From contig CAYFVC010000035.1 in NCBI GenBank assembly GCA_964346665.1, positions 1 through 40,062 on the forward strand: DNA of 40,062 bases, written 5' to 3'. The translations under genes were made by a program, and so were the position numbers. Numbering within the stretch: the stretch's first letter is position 1; every line of letters starts with the position of its first letter. Shown here one piece after another: positions 24,265 through 32,931 of the stretch. The stretch comes from an uncultured archaeon. Lineage in GTDB: Archaea > Aenigmatarchaeota > Aenigmatarchaeia > QMZP01 > QMZT01. Under the pieces are notes generated by a model. That model was not told the DNA's origin, ran no database searches, and saw only the letters and a program-made list of their open reading frames with translations.

Positions 24265-27200
24265 GCGAGCTTACAGAACTCGAGGAGGGATTGAGGAAGC
24301 TCAAAGAGGACAATCTAGAGAAGAAGCGACTGGTTTCTCAACTGGAAAGGGAAAAGAAATACCTTGACGAGAGAAACAAGTATTTGATAGAAAAGCTTAA
24401 GCAGGCAGGCGTGTTGTACGAGGAAGCGGGGAAAAGGGTTGTGGATTTCGTAAACGTACACGTAAAGCCGTTGAGAACGAAACTCGCTGATTTTGATTCA
24501 AGACTTTCAAAAATCAAGGAGTACGAAAGGTCTATAAATTCCACCCTGAAGAGGATTGAGTATGTCGAGGAGGTGGTTAATGGTTTCAAAAACGAGTTGT
24601 TGAAAACCCGAGAAAAGGAAGCGTTGTTGTCCGCAAATGTGAAAGATCTAAAGAAGAAGGGTTCTGAGCTTTCGAAAAGAATATCCACTGTCCAGACATT
24701 CGGGTCGGAAGAGCTCGCTGAGAAGGTCGAGGAAATAAAGGGTAAGTTCGGAGAGGATGTTGAAGGGGTTGAGGATAAATTTAACGAGTTCAAGACAGGA
24801 GTTGAAAACACAGTAGATAATTTCAGGAAGGAGTTCGAAAGTGAAGCGAGTTCCTTAAGAGAAGTGGTTGAAGGGGCTGACCTTAAGAAAGCTAAAGAAC
24901 TTGATGAAGCGTTGGGGAGGGTGATGGAGGACCTCGCCAAAACAAAGAGAGAATTTTCGAAATCCCTGGCCTCTATGGAGAAGGCTGTCGAAAGGCTGGA
25001 TGTTAAAAAAACGGAAGAAGTGGGCAAATCAATAGAAATGCTCACAGCGAATCTTAATGAAAGGTTCGAAAGCTTTGCTGAAGACCTTGAAGAGCGGGTT
25101 AAAACTGCGGAGAATGAATTGAACGATTTCAAGGTGGAACTCGAAAAATCGCTTGGGGATGTGAAGACCGAAACGAGGGATTTTGTTAATTCCAAATCCA
25201 AAGAATTCGATTCCCTACTATATGAACTGCGGAACAAAATGGATGAACAGATGGAGAGTTCGGTAACGGAATGGAACGATAACCTAGGGAAAGTGAAATC
25301 TGATCTGATGAGCACAAAAAAAGAAATAGAAAAACTTATCGGGTCGGTGAACAGGAAAGTGGAAATCGGGGAGGAGAGAAGGGAAAAGAAGGTGGATAAT
25401 TCGCTTTCGGATATGCACTCCTCACTTTCTGAAAGACTGGATAGCATGAATAAGGATATTGATGGGAAGATAGGGGGGATAGTTGAGAATGTGGGGAGGA
25501 AATTCGAAAATGTTGAAGAAAGCCTTATTGAAAAGATAGTATCTGTCGAAAACAGTATGGATGAGATTAGAGCGAACTTCCAGGGTTTTGTAAATTCCAT
25601 GTCTGCTGATTTCGAAAATAAAATGAATTCTCTAAGAAAGGAATTCGAAAAACGTGACTCGAAAAGGGACAAAAGTTTCGAAAAGTTCTCGGAATCGTTT
25701 AAGAGCAATGTTGATGAAAAGTTCGGGATTTTAAGAGAAGGGATCGGAGGGGAAATTGAAGAAATAAAGGGTGAAACGACTTCTTTGCGGAAGGAGATGG
25801 ACAACTTCGTAGTTGATCTAAAGGAGAAGTTTGATGGGATCATAAAGGAGAAATCAAAGGAGTTTGAAATGATGGTGAATTCGCTTGTAGATGATACAAA
25901 AGCGATGGAGAAAGAGGTTAAAGGGGTTATAGACGACTTCAAAAAGGAGATAGAATCCAAGGAAATCGAAAGAGGTGAGGAGATAAACAAGATGGTAAAT
26001 GAGTTCATTTCGCAAAAAGGTGAGATTGACGGGAAAATCAAACAGCTCGATTCTAAGATATCGGAATTCTCTGAAACAAGTGAGGATATTCGAAAAGGGA
26101 TTCTTAAGGAAAGCCTTGTAGGGGTGAATGAAAGGGTCGAGGGCATAGCAGAAGGGATGGAAGAGAGATTCGACAGCGCCAAGGAAGATATGGAAAGGGA
26201 GGTTAACGAAGCTGTGGAAAATATTGATAACAGGGTAAAGGGGATGGAAACAAATCTTAATGACTTCAAGGTCGAACTTGAGAAAACGGTTGGGAAGCTC
26301 AGGGATGACGTGGATAATATCACGGGCAAGAAGACCGAGAAGATGGACAAGGTTGTTGAAAAAGCGAAGAAGGATCTTGAGGGAAGGGTGAAATCATTCA
26401 CTTCGGAGGTTTCAGGGGATATCGAAATGTTGAAGAATGATGTTGTTTCTATGAGGAACGAGTTTGAAAAGGGAGAAAGGGAGAGGGAAGGGAAGGTTGA
26501 GGAGACGAGGGAAAAGCTTGAGAAAGGAATAAAGGAGAGGTTTGATGATTTATTCGGAAGTGTAGAGGGGAGGATAAATGCTGTGGAAGGTGAAATCGAA
26601 TCTTTGAGTAAAGGCACGGAATCTCTCGTTAAGAATCTGGAAGCCGGATTCGAAAAGGCTGAGACAAAAAGGGAGGGGAAGATCGAGAAAGCAAAAACGA
26701 AGATTGAAAAAGAAATAAAAGAGGGATTTGATGATTTCGTTGGAAGAACTGAGGAGAGAATGAAGGTGGCGGAAAGCGAAGTCGTATCCTTGAGAAACAA
26801 AATGAATGATGTCCTCGGAGAACTTAGGGCAAACTTCGAGGAGGTTGTAGAAAAGAAATCGAAGGATTTCGAAAATATTATGAAAGAGTTGGTTGACAGG
26901 TCAGAAAAAGCGAAGAATGATATGGAATCGCTTGCTGGATATCTGGAAACCAAATTCCAGGAAGGTGAAAAAGAAAGGGAGAAAGAGGTAGGAAAATCCG
27001 TAAAGGAATTGATGGTCACGATGGGGATGATAGAAGGAAGGTTGAAGGGAGTGGACGAGGAAATGGACAAGTTTTCCGAGATAAGGGATAACTTGAAAAA
27101 CGAAATAATGAGGGAGAAGACTGACTTGATTGATGACAGGTTTTCCTCGCTTTCCGAGAACACGAAAGCGAAGGTATCTGACATGAGGAAATCGCTTAGA

Positions 27201-27551
27201 GAGGAAATGAAAGGATCAAGATCAGCCTACACAAGAGTTGAAGAGAAACTGGCCAAAATGAGCGATAGAATTGGTATGATTAAGGATCAGATTTTTGAAA
27301 TGAAAAAATCAAGAGACCTTGTATTAGGTGATGTGAAATCTTTGAATAAAACCTTAGAAGGGAACGTCGATTCAAAGCTCAAGAATTTCATGAAGGATTT
27401 GGAGAAGCGAATGAAAACTCAGGAGGAAATTTTGAATTTGAAAATGACGGAAATAGAAAGCAAAATCAATTCCGTTTCGGAAGAGATAACGAAAACCAAA
27501 AAGGAGAAAGAGGAACAGCTTGATGAAATACTTGAACACGTGGAATCATGA
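24261..27551 (+). CDS. E/K-rich coiled-coil protein (1,096 aa) with degenerate internal repeats
   Basis: ATGA overlaps at both ends. No TM segment and no Walker motifs, so it is not SMC/Rad50-like. The FEK.[ED].[KR][RE][ED][GK]K motif recurs roughly every 70-75 aa. N[ED]LNDFKVELEK occurs twice, at ~25122 and ~26259. Confidence 0.8.
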   Translation: MSELTELEEGLRKLKEDNLEKKRLVSQLEREKKYLDERNKYLIEKLKQAGVLYEEAGKRVVDFVNVHVKPLRTKLADFDSRLSKIKEYERSINSTLKRIEYVEEVVNGFKNELLKTREKEALLSANVKDLKKKGSELSKRISTVQTFGSEELAEKVEEIKGKFGEDVEGVEDKFNEFKTGVENTVDNFRKEFESEASSLREVVEGADLKKAKELDEALGRVMEDLAKTKREFSKSLASMEKAVERLDVKKTEEVGKSIEMLTANLNERFESFAEDLEERVKTAENELNDFKVELEKSLGDVKTETRDFVNSKSKEFDSLLYELRNKMDEQMESSVTEWNDNLGKVKSDLMSTKKEIEKLIGSVNRKVEIGEERREKKVDNSLSDMHSSLSERLDSMNKDIDGKIGGIVENVGRKFENVEESLIEKIVSVENSMDEIRANFQGFVNSMSADFENKMNSLRKEFEKRDSKRDKSFEKFSESFKSNVDEKFGILREGIGGEIEEIKGETTSLRKEMDNFVVDLKEKFDGIIKEKSKEFEMMVNSLVDDTKAMEKEVKGVIDDFKKEIESKEIERGEEINKMVNEFISQKGEIDGKIKQLDSKISEFSETSEDIRKGILKESLVGVNERVEGIAEGMEERFDSAKEDMEREVNEAVENIDNRVKGMETNLNDFKVELEKTVGKLRDDVDNITGKKTEKMDKVVEKAKKDLEGRVKSFTSEVSGDIEMLKNDVVSMRNEFEKGEREREGKVEETREKLEKGIKERFDDLFGSVEGRINAVEGEIESLSKGTESLVKNLEAGFEKAETKREGKIEKAKTKIEKEIKEGFDDFVGRTEERMKVAESEVVSLRNKMNDVLGELRANFEEVVEKKSKDFENIMKELVDRSEKAKNDMESLAGYLETKFQEGEKEREKEVGKSVKELMVTMGMIEGRLKGVDEEMDKFSEIRDNLKNEIMREKTDLIDDRFSSLSENTKAKVSDMRKSLREEMKGSRSAYTRVEEKLAKMSDRIGMIKDQIFEMKKSRDLVLGDVKSLNKTLEGNVDSKLKNFMKDLEKRMKTQEEILNLKMTEIESKINSVSEEITKTKKEKEEQLDEILEHVES

Positions 27552-28417
27552 ACGAGAAAATGGATAAGGTGAAGAGAAGGATAGACGAGATAAAGAAGGA
27601 GAGAGAGGAATTGAAGGAGAAATATGATTACCTTGTGGAACAAATGAAAAAAACGATTGACAAACATTCCCAAGATATCGAGTTCCTCAAGAATGAAGTG
27701 AGGGGAATCGCTGACAAGGAGGAGAAAGATGAAGAGGGGGTCTCGGACGTTCGCTCGCTGATGAATTCCATTAAAGATGAACTCAATGAAAAGGTTAACG
27801 TCCTCGATAAAGAAATAACATCTGAACTTTCGAAATTTAAAGGACTTGAAGAAAGGTTAGGTAAAGATGTTGAAGATTTCGAGAAATTCGCAAGTAAACA
27901 GAAGTCTAGGATAGATGAATTCGAATCAAAGGTTTCGGATAAGATCGACATGTTCGCAATCGAAAAGGAGAATCTAAGGAGGGATTTCACCTCGATTTCG
28001 AGTGATTTCAAGAATATAGGAAGTCATTTGGATTCCTTAAAGGAGAAGGATTCTAATCTAAGCCAGCATTTACAAAACCTCTCACTCGAAATGGAGAACT
28101 TCAAAAAGGCGACGGAAGAAATTCTCGAGAAGTTGAAGGGGGAACAAAAGATATTCCAGGAGAATGTCGTAGCAAAACTCAATGAGGCGAGCAATAAAAT
28201 ACTCAACCGCCTTTCACAGAGCGAAGCGAAAACTTCTTCTGAGCTTGTAAAAAAATCGGAGGATATCAAGCTCTTCAGAGCGCACACGACACAATTCATA
28301 AATGATCTCGTAGTGAATTACGAAAAGCGATTCGAGATGATGAAATCCGAGATTGATGAGATCCTAAAACTGGTGGAAGAGCGAGTAAGGGCACAGCGAG
28401 CGATGATTTTTGAGTGA
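27548..28417 (+). CDS. E/K-rich coiled-coil protein (289 aa)
   Basis: ATGA overlap with the upstream gene. Heptad-like composition with no TM segment. Confidence 0.75.
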   Translation: MNEKMDKVKRRIDEIKKEREELKEKYDYLVEQMKKTIDKHSQDIEFLKNEVRGIADKEEKDEEGVSDVRSLMNSIKDELNEKVNVLDKEITSELSKFKGLEERLGKDVEDFEKFASKQKSRIDEFESKVSDKIDMFAIEKENLRRDFTSISSDFKNIGSHLDSLKEKDSNLSQHLQNLSLEMENFKKATEEILEKLKGEQKIFQENVVAKLNEASNKILNRLSQSEAKTSSELVKKSEDIKLFRAHTTQFINDLVVNYEKRFEMMKSEIDEILKLVEERVRAQRAMIFE

Positions 28418-28459
28418 ATGTTTATATTCTGGTGAAATTTGGATAAAAATCTGGATAAG

Positions 28460-28469
28460 TTTTTAAATA
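28460..28469 (+). promoter_or_regulatory. TATA-like box (TTTTTAAATA) 22-31 nt upstream of the glmS ATG
   Basis: Lies in the 73-nt spacer after the coiled-coil block. Confidence 0.3.
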
Positions 28470-28490
28470 AATGGAGAGAAACTACTTCTC

Positions 28491-30248
28491 ATGTGTGGTA
28501 TAATCGGATACATAGGCGGGAAAGAAGCATCCCCCGTCCTTTTCGATAGTTTGCGGAGATTGGAGTATAGGGGTTACGATTCTTATGGGTTCGCAACGCT
28601 CGATAAGGGGAAAGTATGGGTAAGGAAAGGTAAAGGGAAAATAAGCGAAGCGGGATTCGAAAAAATACCTGGCTCCTTAGGAATTGCTCACACGAGATGG
28701 GCAACGCACGGAAAGGTTTCTAAGGCGAATGCACATCCCCATATAGATTGTGAAAAGCGCATCGCGATCATCCACAACGGCATAATAGAGAATTTTGAAA
28801 AATTAAAGAAGGATCTTACTCGAAGAGGTCATAAGTTTCGTTCGGAAACCGACAGCGAGATAATTTCGCATATGATAGAGGAGAATATGGATATGGGTTT
28901 GCAGGAAGCTGTTAGGAAAACGATGAGGGTTCTGAAAGGTAGATCTGCAGTACTCGTGGTAAAGGATGATTTCGATGGGATGATGGCTGCACGAACCGGC
29001 TCGCCTCTCATACTTGGTAGAGGGAAGAACGAGTACTTCGTGGCTTCTGATATACCGGCGTTCCTCAACAGGACAAAGGACGTGATGTATTTAGATGACG
29101 GGGAAATGGTCATATTGGAAAGGGGCAAGAAACCCGTTTTCGTGAACATGGAGGATGGTAAGAAAATCGAGAAGAGAATAATAAGGATAGAATGGGATAC
29201 GAAACAAGCGGAAAAAGGTGAATATCAACACTACATGATCAAGGAGATAATGGAGCAGAAGGACACAATAATCCGTGCGATAAACCAGAACGATAAGGAT
29301 ATAAAAAGGGTTGCGAAAGAGATAAACAAGGCGTATGGCGTTTTCCTAACAGGGTGTGGGACTGCGGGGAAAGTATGCCACACAGGGGAATACGTATTCT
29401 CTAATATCGCGAACAAACACGTGAATTATGTTGTTTCATCAGAATTCCCCAATTACAGGAATTTCCTCACGAAAAAAACCCTGCTCATAACGGTTTCCCA
29501 GAGCGGGGAAACCGCGGATGTACTTGAGGCGGTTAAGGCAGCGAAGGAGAAGGGAGTGAAAGTTATATCCTTAGTGAACGTTAAAGGTTCAACACTCGAT
29601 CGCATTTCGGACTTCACCTTCCTCATAAAAGCAGGCCCCGAGAAGGCAGTGGCCTCCACGAAAGCGACCACCGCTCAGTTAGCGATACTCTACTTACTAG
29701 CATACGCATGTATAGGAAAACTTAAAGAGGGGAAGCGTTTGCTTATAGAGGTCGCTTCCAAAATAAACGATATGCTGAATCCTAGATATGAGGATAGGAT
29801 AAAGAGGCTCGCGAAGACCATGCATCGAAAAAAGGATTTCTACATAATAGGCAGATCGCTAAACCATCCTATGGCATTGGAGTCAGCAATAAAGATCATG
29901 GAGGTTAGTTATATACACGCGCAAGGCTTCGCGGGAGGCGAACTTAAGCATGGTCCTATCGCACTCATAGAGAAAAACACGCCATGCATCGTGCTAACGG
30001 AAGGGAATTCGGATCACGATGTAATCAGCAATGCCATGGAAATTAAATCAAGAGGGGGATTCATAATCGGAGTTGGCCCGAAAAGATACGGGGTTTTCGA
30101 CTTCTGGATAAAGACCCCTGACGTTGGTTTTGCCTCACCCATAGTCAACATAATACCGGTTCAGTTATTTGCCTATCACCTAGGAGTGCTGAGAGGTTGC
30201 GAAGTAGATACACCAAGGAACCTCGCGAAATCCGTCACGGTGAAGTAG
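28491..30248 (+). CDS. glmS: Glutamine--fructose-6-phosphate aminotransferase (isomerizing)
   Basis: N-terminal MCGIIGYIG supplies the Cys1 nucleophile of class II amidotransferases. Also present are RGYDSYG and HTRWATHG. Two SIS-domain regions are visible (LTGCGTAG, SQSGETADV). The C-terminal LAKSVTVK matches the typical GlmS end. Confidence 0.95.
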   Translation: MCGIIGYIGGKEASPVLFDSLRRLEYRGYDSYGFATLDKGKVWVRKGKGKISEAGFEKIPGSLGIAHTRWATHGKVSKANAHPHIDCEKRIAIIHNGIIENFEKLKKDLTRRGHKFRSETDSEIISHMIEENMDMGLQEAVRKTMRVLKGRSAVLVVKDDFDGMMAARTGSPLILGRGKNEYFVASDIPAFLNRTKDVMYLDDGEMVILERGKKPVFVNMEDGKKIEKRIIRIEWDTKQAEKGEYQHYMIKEIMEQKDTIIRAINQNDKDIKRVAKEINKAYGVFLTGCGTAGKVCHTGEYVFSNIANKHVNYVVSSEFPNYRNFLTKKTLLITVSQSGETADVLEAVKAAKEKGVKVISLVNVKGSTLDRISDFTFLIKAGPEKAVASTKATTAQLAILYLLAYACIGKLKEGKRLLIEVASKINDMLNPRYEDRIKRLAKTMHRKKDFYIIGRSLNHPMALESAIKIMEVSYIHAQGFAGGELKHGPIALIEKNTPCIVLTEGNSDHDVISNAMEIKSRGGFIIGVGPKRYGVFDFWIKTPDVGFASPIVNIIPVQLFAYHLGVLRGCEVDTPRNLAKSVTVK

Positions 30249-30278
30249 ATTTAAAAGTGAAAGAAACGAATTATTAAT

Positions 30279-30707
30279 ATGGCAGCGGATATTCTGACAA
30301 ATCTTGTCACGAGCCTCGGTGTTGATTTCACAAATCCCATAACCTTAGCGATAAACATTATAGTGTCCACGATAATAGGAGGAATCGTCCTCCTTATATT
30401 AGTGGAAATAGTTGGTAAGAAGTTCTCAGAGGAAGTTCACCCAGCGAACGCGTTCCTTGTGGTGCTCATAATAAACCTGATAAACCTTCTAGGGGTGTTA
30501 GCGTTCATAACCCCCTACATCTCGTTCATCCCGTTCCTTCCAGTGATTCTGCCTATTTTGGTATGGATAATCCTGATCAAGTTGTTTTTCAAAGAGATGT
30601 CGATTACGCATGCGGTGATCGTCGGCGTTGTGGGATGGTTACTCAGCATATTCCTGATACCGTATCTAGTCGGGATAGCGAGTGGTTTCATACCGAGTTT
30701 CGGATAG
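30279..30707 (+). CDS. Polytopic membrane protein (142 aa, about 4 TM helices), unknown function
   Basis: Four long hydrophobic stretches and an ATG start. Its 3' end overlaps the convergent gene by 20 nt. Confidence 0.6.
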   Translation: MAADILTNLVTSLGVDFTNPITLAINIIVSTIIGGIVLLILVEIVGKKFSEEVHPANAFLVVLIINLINLLGVLAFITPYISFIPFLPVILPILVWIILIKLFFKEMSITHAVIVGVVGWLLSIFLIPYLVGIASGFIPSFG

Positions 30708-31938
30708 TTTCGGCATTAAGGTGCGTAAGCCCGAAATTCGTAATCTTCACTTTCAAGAATTTGCCCATTACATTCTTTTTTCCTTCGAAAATCACGGGTT
30801 TATAATATTCATTCCTTCCCATGAGCTGGTTTTTTCTCTTTCCCTTTTCTGTTACAAGGATCTCACATTCTTTCGAAAGCCATTCCTTGTTTTTCTCCAT
30901 ACCGATTTTTCTCACGAGATCAGCAAGCCTTTTCGATCTCTTCTTTATCACCATGTTATCCAGCTGTTTCATACGTTTCGCTTTCGTTCTTGGCCGAGGA
31001 GCGAATTTCGAGATGTTCACGATATCTGGTCTTACCCTTTTGATCATTTCGATCGTTTCCTTGAAATCACTTTCTTTTTCGCTGGGAAACCCCACTATTA
31101 TATCCGTGGATAACGTGATGTTTGGAAAGATTTTTCTGAATTCCTTCACGATCTTTTCGAAATTTTTTACTTTGTAACCCCTCCTCATGGATTTCAGAAT
31201 TTTATCAGAACCCGACTGAACGGGTATGTGGATGGACTTGTATATTTTCGGGTTTTTGTATATTTCAATCAATTCTCCCAAAATCGGTTTCATGTGATTT
31301 GGATTCATCATGCCTACACGTATTTTGAAATCTCCATTTATCTCAACTATCTGCCTAAGTAGATCGGCAAGATTCATTTGTATATCCAAACCATAACACC
31401 CACAATCCTGAGATGTAATCCAAATTTCCTTGCATCCGTCTTTTAGGGAATTTTCTATTTCTTTCAAAATCTCTTCGATCTTTCTCGATTTCAGATTACC
31501 CCTAGCGAATTTCACTATGCAATATGCACACGCTCCCAAACAGCCGGAAGCAATCTCCGTTATTCCCACTAGTTGGTTTTTCCTGATTTTTTTACCTGTT
31601 TTCTTCACTCGTTTCAATAACAACTTAGCTATGTCTTTCGATTTATGAGAGGAGAGAAAAAAGGCGTGAGGAACGATCTCCCTGAAAATCCCCACATTGC
31701 TGGCACATCCAGCTATCACTAGCTTTTTGTTAGGATATTTACTAACAAAAAACTTTATCCTCTCCCTTATCTTGTTCTCTGTGGGGCTTTTCACAACGCA
31801 CGTATTAATTACGATCACATCCGCTTTCCCTATGTTTTTGACTATCTTGAAACCATTTGCAATTAGCGAAGTTTCCATCACTTCCGAATGCGCCTGATTC
31901 GCGGAGCAGCCGTATGTTTCGAGGTAAACGGATTTCAT
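30688..31938 (-). CDS. Archaeal-type MiaB-like radical-SAM tRNA methylthiotransferase (MtaB/CDKAL1-like)
   Basis: N-terminal UPF0004 motif is YLETYGCSANQ. The radical-SAM cluster motif is GCLGACAYC (CxxxCxxC). A C-terminal TRAM-like segment is present (GKFLKVKITN). Confidence 0.85.
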   Translation of the reverse strand: MKSVYLETYGCSANQAHSEVMETSLIANGFKIVKNIGKADVIVINTCVVKSPTENKIRERIKFFVSKYPNKKLVIAGCASNVGIFREIVPHAFFLSSHKSKDIAKLLLKRVKKTGKKIRKNQLVGITEIASGCLGACAYCIVKFARGNLKSRKIEEILKEIENSLKDGCKEIWITSQDCGCYGLDIQMNLADLLRQIVEINGDFKIRVGMMNPNHMKPILGELIEIYKNPKIYKSIHIPVQSGSDKILKSMRRGYKVKNFEKIVKEFRKIFPNITLSTDIIVGFPSEKESDFKETIEMIKRVRPDIVNISKFAPRPRTKAKRMKQLDNMVIKKRSKRLADLVRKIGMEKNKEWLSKECEILVTEKGKRKNQLMGRNEYYKPVIFEGKKNVMGKFLKVKITNFGLTHLNAETIRNSV

Positions 31939-31970
31939 AATAAGAAATTAGATAAAGAATATTTTAAAAA

Positions 31971-32891
31971 TCACTCTCTGAACAATGTATTGAGCAATTT
32001 ACTTAGTTTAGTGAATTCGGTATCATCTGCCTCTTCTTCCGCAATTTTTTCTATTGTTTTTTTCAGTTTATCTTGTAATGTTATTCTTAGTTTTCTTGTT
32101 TTTGGGGTTTTTGATATACAGGTTTCTATCAATTCCCTTGAATATTTTCCCAATTTCATTTCAGTCAATCTGTTGTTTTTGTAATCTTTCATCACACTCA
32201 TTAAATATTTCATTGGTATGTTCGTTCTGTGTTTTCTGGAGAAATCTCTTATTGTTTTTTCGAAACTTTTCTGATCCAATTCCTCTAACTTGGTGTTCCT
32301 TTTTTCACAAAATCTTTCAAATTTTTCAACAACATTTTTTAACTTATTCTTTATTAACTCTGGTCCTTTTTTCTCCAAAATTTTTGCATTGTAATTTATT
32401 TCAAGTATACCTTGATTTTTCAAGAACCTTTGGGGGAAATATTTCAACAACTGTTCTCTATTAATTTTACTTTCGATATCCCAACTATAAGAAATACTTT
32501 TTATTACATCGTCTCCTGTATAACGTTCTTTTTTACCCAATATGCCCTCCATGTTTTTTCTTTCGGTATCTGCAGAGTCTCTTATTACATTTCCTATGGT
32601 CTTAGTTCCTTCATATGAAACCGCACTTCTATCCAATTCGTTCTTCATACCAGAAGTCAAATCTTCTGGTCTGAGTGTTATTTCTCTTATTCTTTTTCTT
32701 TCCCTTTCTATTTCTACCTTTTTTTCTTCTACCTCCTTTTTCCAATACGCAAATTCTCTTTCTATCCTATACGGTCTTTTTTTACTAGTCCTTGCAGGCT
32801 CCAAATAAGAATCGACCTTCTTCTTCGAAATACCGAGATATTTTGCTACTTCCGAACGGGGCATCAAATGGGACATCGAGTCTTCTAACAT
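31971..32891 (-). CDS. Hypothetical K/E-rich protein with a possible N-terminal HTH, in an AT-rich segment
   Basis: The ORF track starts at a TTG (32897); the first ATG is at 32891 (MLEDSMSHLMPRSEVAKYLGISKKKVDSYL). No family recognised. Sampled 60-nt lines give about 22-32% G+C. Confidence 0.55.
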   Translation of the reverse strand: MLEDSMSHLMPRSEVAKYLGISKKKVDSYLEPARTSKKRPYRIEREFAYWKKEVEEKKVEIERERKRIREITLRPEDLTSGMKNELDRSAVSYEGTKTIGNVIRDSADTERKNMEGILGKKERYTGDDVIKSISYSWDIESKINREQLLKYFPQRFLKNQGILEINYNAKILEKKGPELIKNKLKNVVEKFERFCEKRNTKLEELDQKSFEKTIRDFSRKHRTNIPMKYLMSVMKDYKNNRLTEMKLGKYSRELIETCISKTPKTRKLRITLQDKLKKTIEKIAEEEADDTEFTKLSKLLNTLFRE

Positions 32892-32931
32892 ACACAATCA
32901 ATTACAAGAATAATCCAAAACTTTTTATTCT

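Noticed and set aside
24338-27184. 948-aa ORF on the minus strand, antisense to the 1,096-aa coiled-coil gene
   Set aside because: Its product is S/F/L/I/T-rich low-complexity sequence with almost no charged residues. That is the expected mirror image of GAA/AAG/GAG-rich sense codons. Antisense stops would need sense ..T-TA., ..C-TA. or ..T-CA. junctions, which means Tyr, His or Gln codons. These are rare in the sense protein. It is a compositional artefact.
22332-28299. Other minus-strand ORFs inside the coiled-coil genes (22332-22709, 22848-23363, 23757-24089, 27628-28011, 28024-28299 and others)
   Set aside because: Antisense low-complexity translations nested in strongly supported + strand genes.
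22345-28417. Annotation of the coiled-coil proteins as SMC/Rad50-type chromosome segregation proteins
   Set aside because: No Walker A/B or signature motif appears at either end of any of the three proteins, and there is no hinge-like globular domain. The resemblance is coiled-coil composition only.
28418-28490. Possible regulatory RNA or glmS-ribozyme-like element upstream of glmS, and a GGATAA direct repeat at 28441-28446 and 28453-28458
   Set aside because: The spacer is only 73 nt and mostly A/T. I see none of the conserved glmS ribozyme core, and that element is bacterial. A 6-nt direct repeat is not significant on its own.
30563-31897. Plus-strand ORFs (30563-30805, 30682-31113, 30821-31177, 31430-31648, 31697-31897) opposite the MiaB-like gene
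   Set aside because: The minus-strand frame carries unmistakable UPF0004, radical-SAM and TRAM motifs. The + strand ORFs are F/L/S-rich antisense artefacts.
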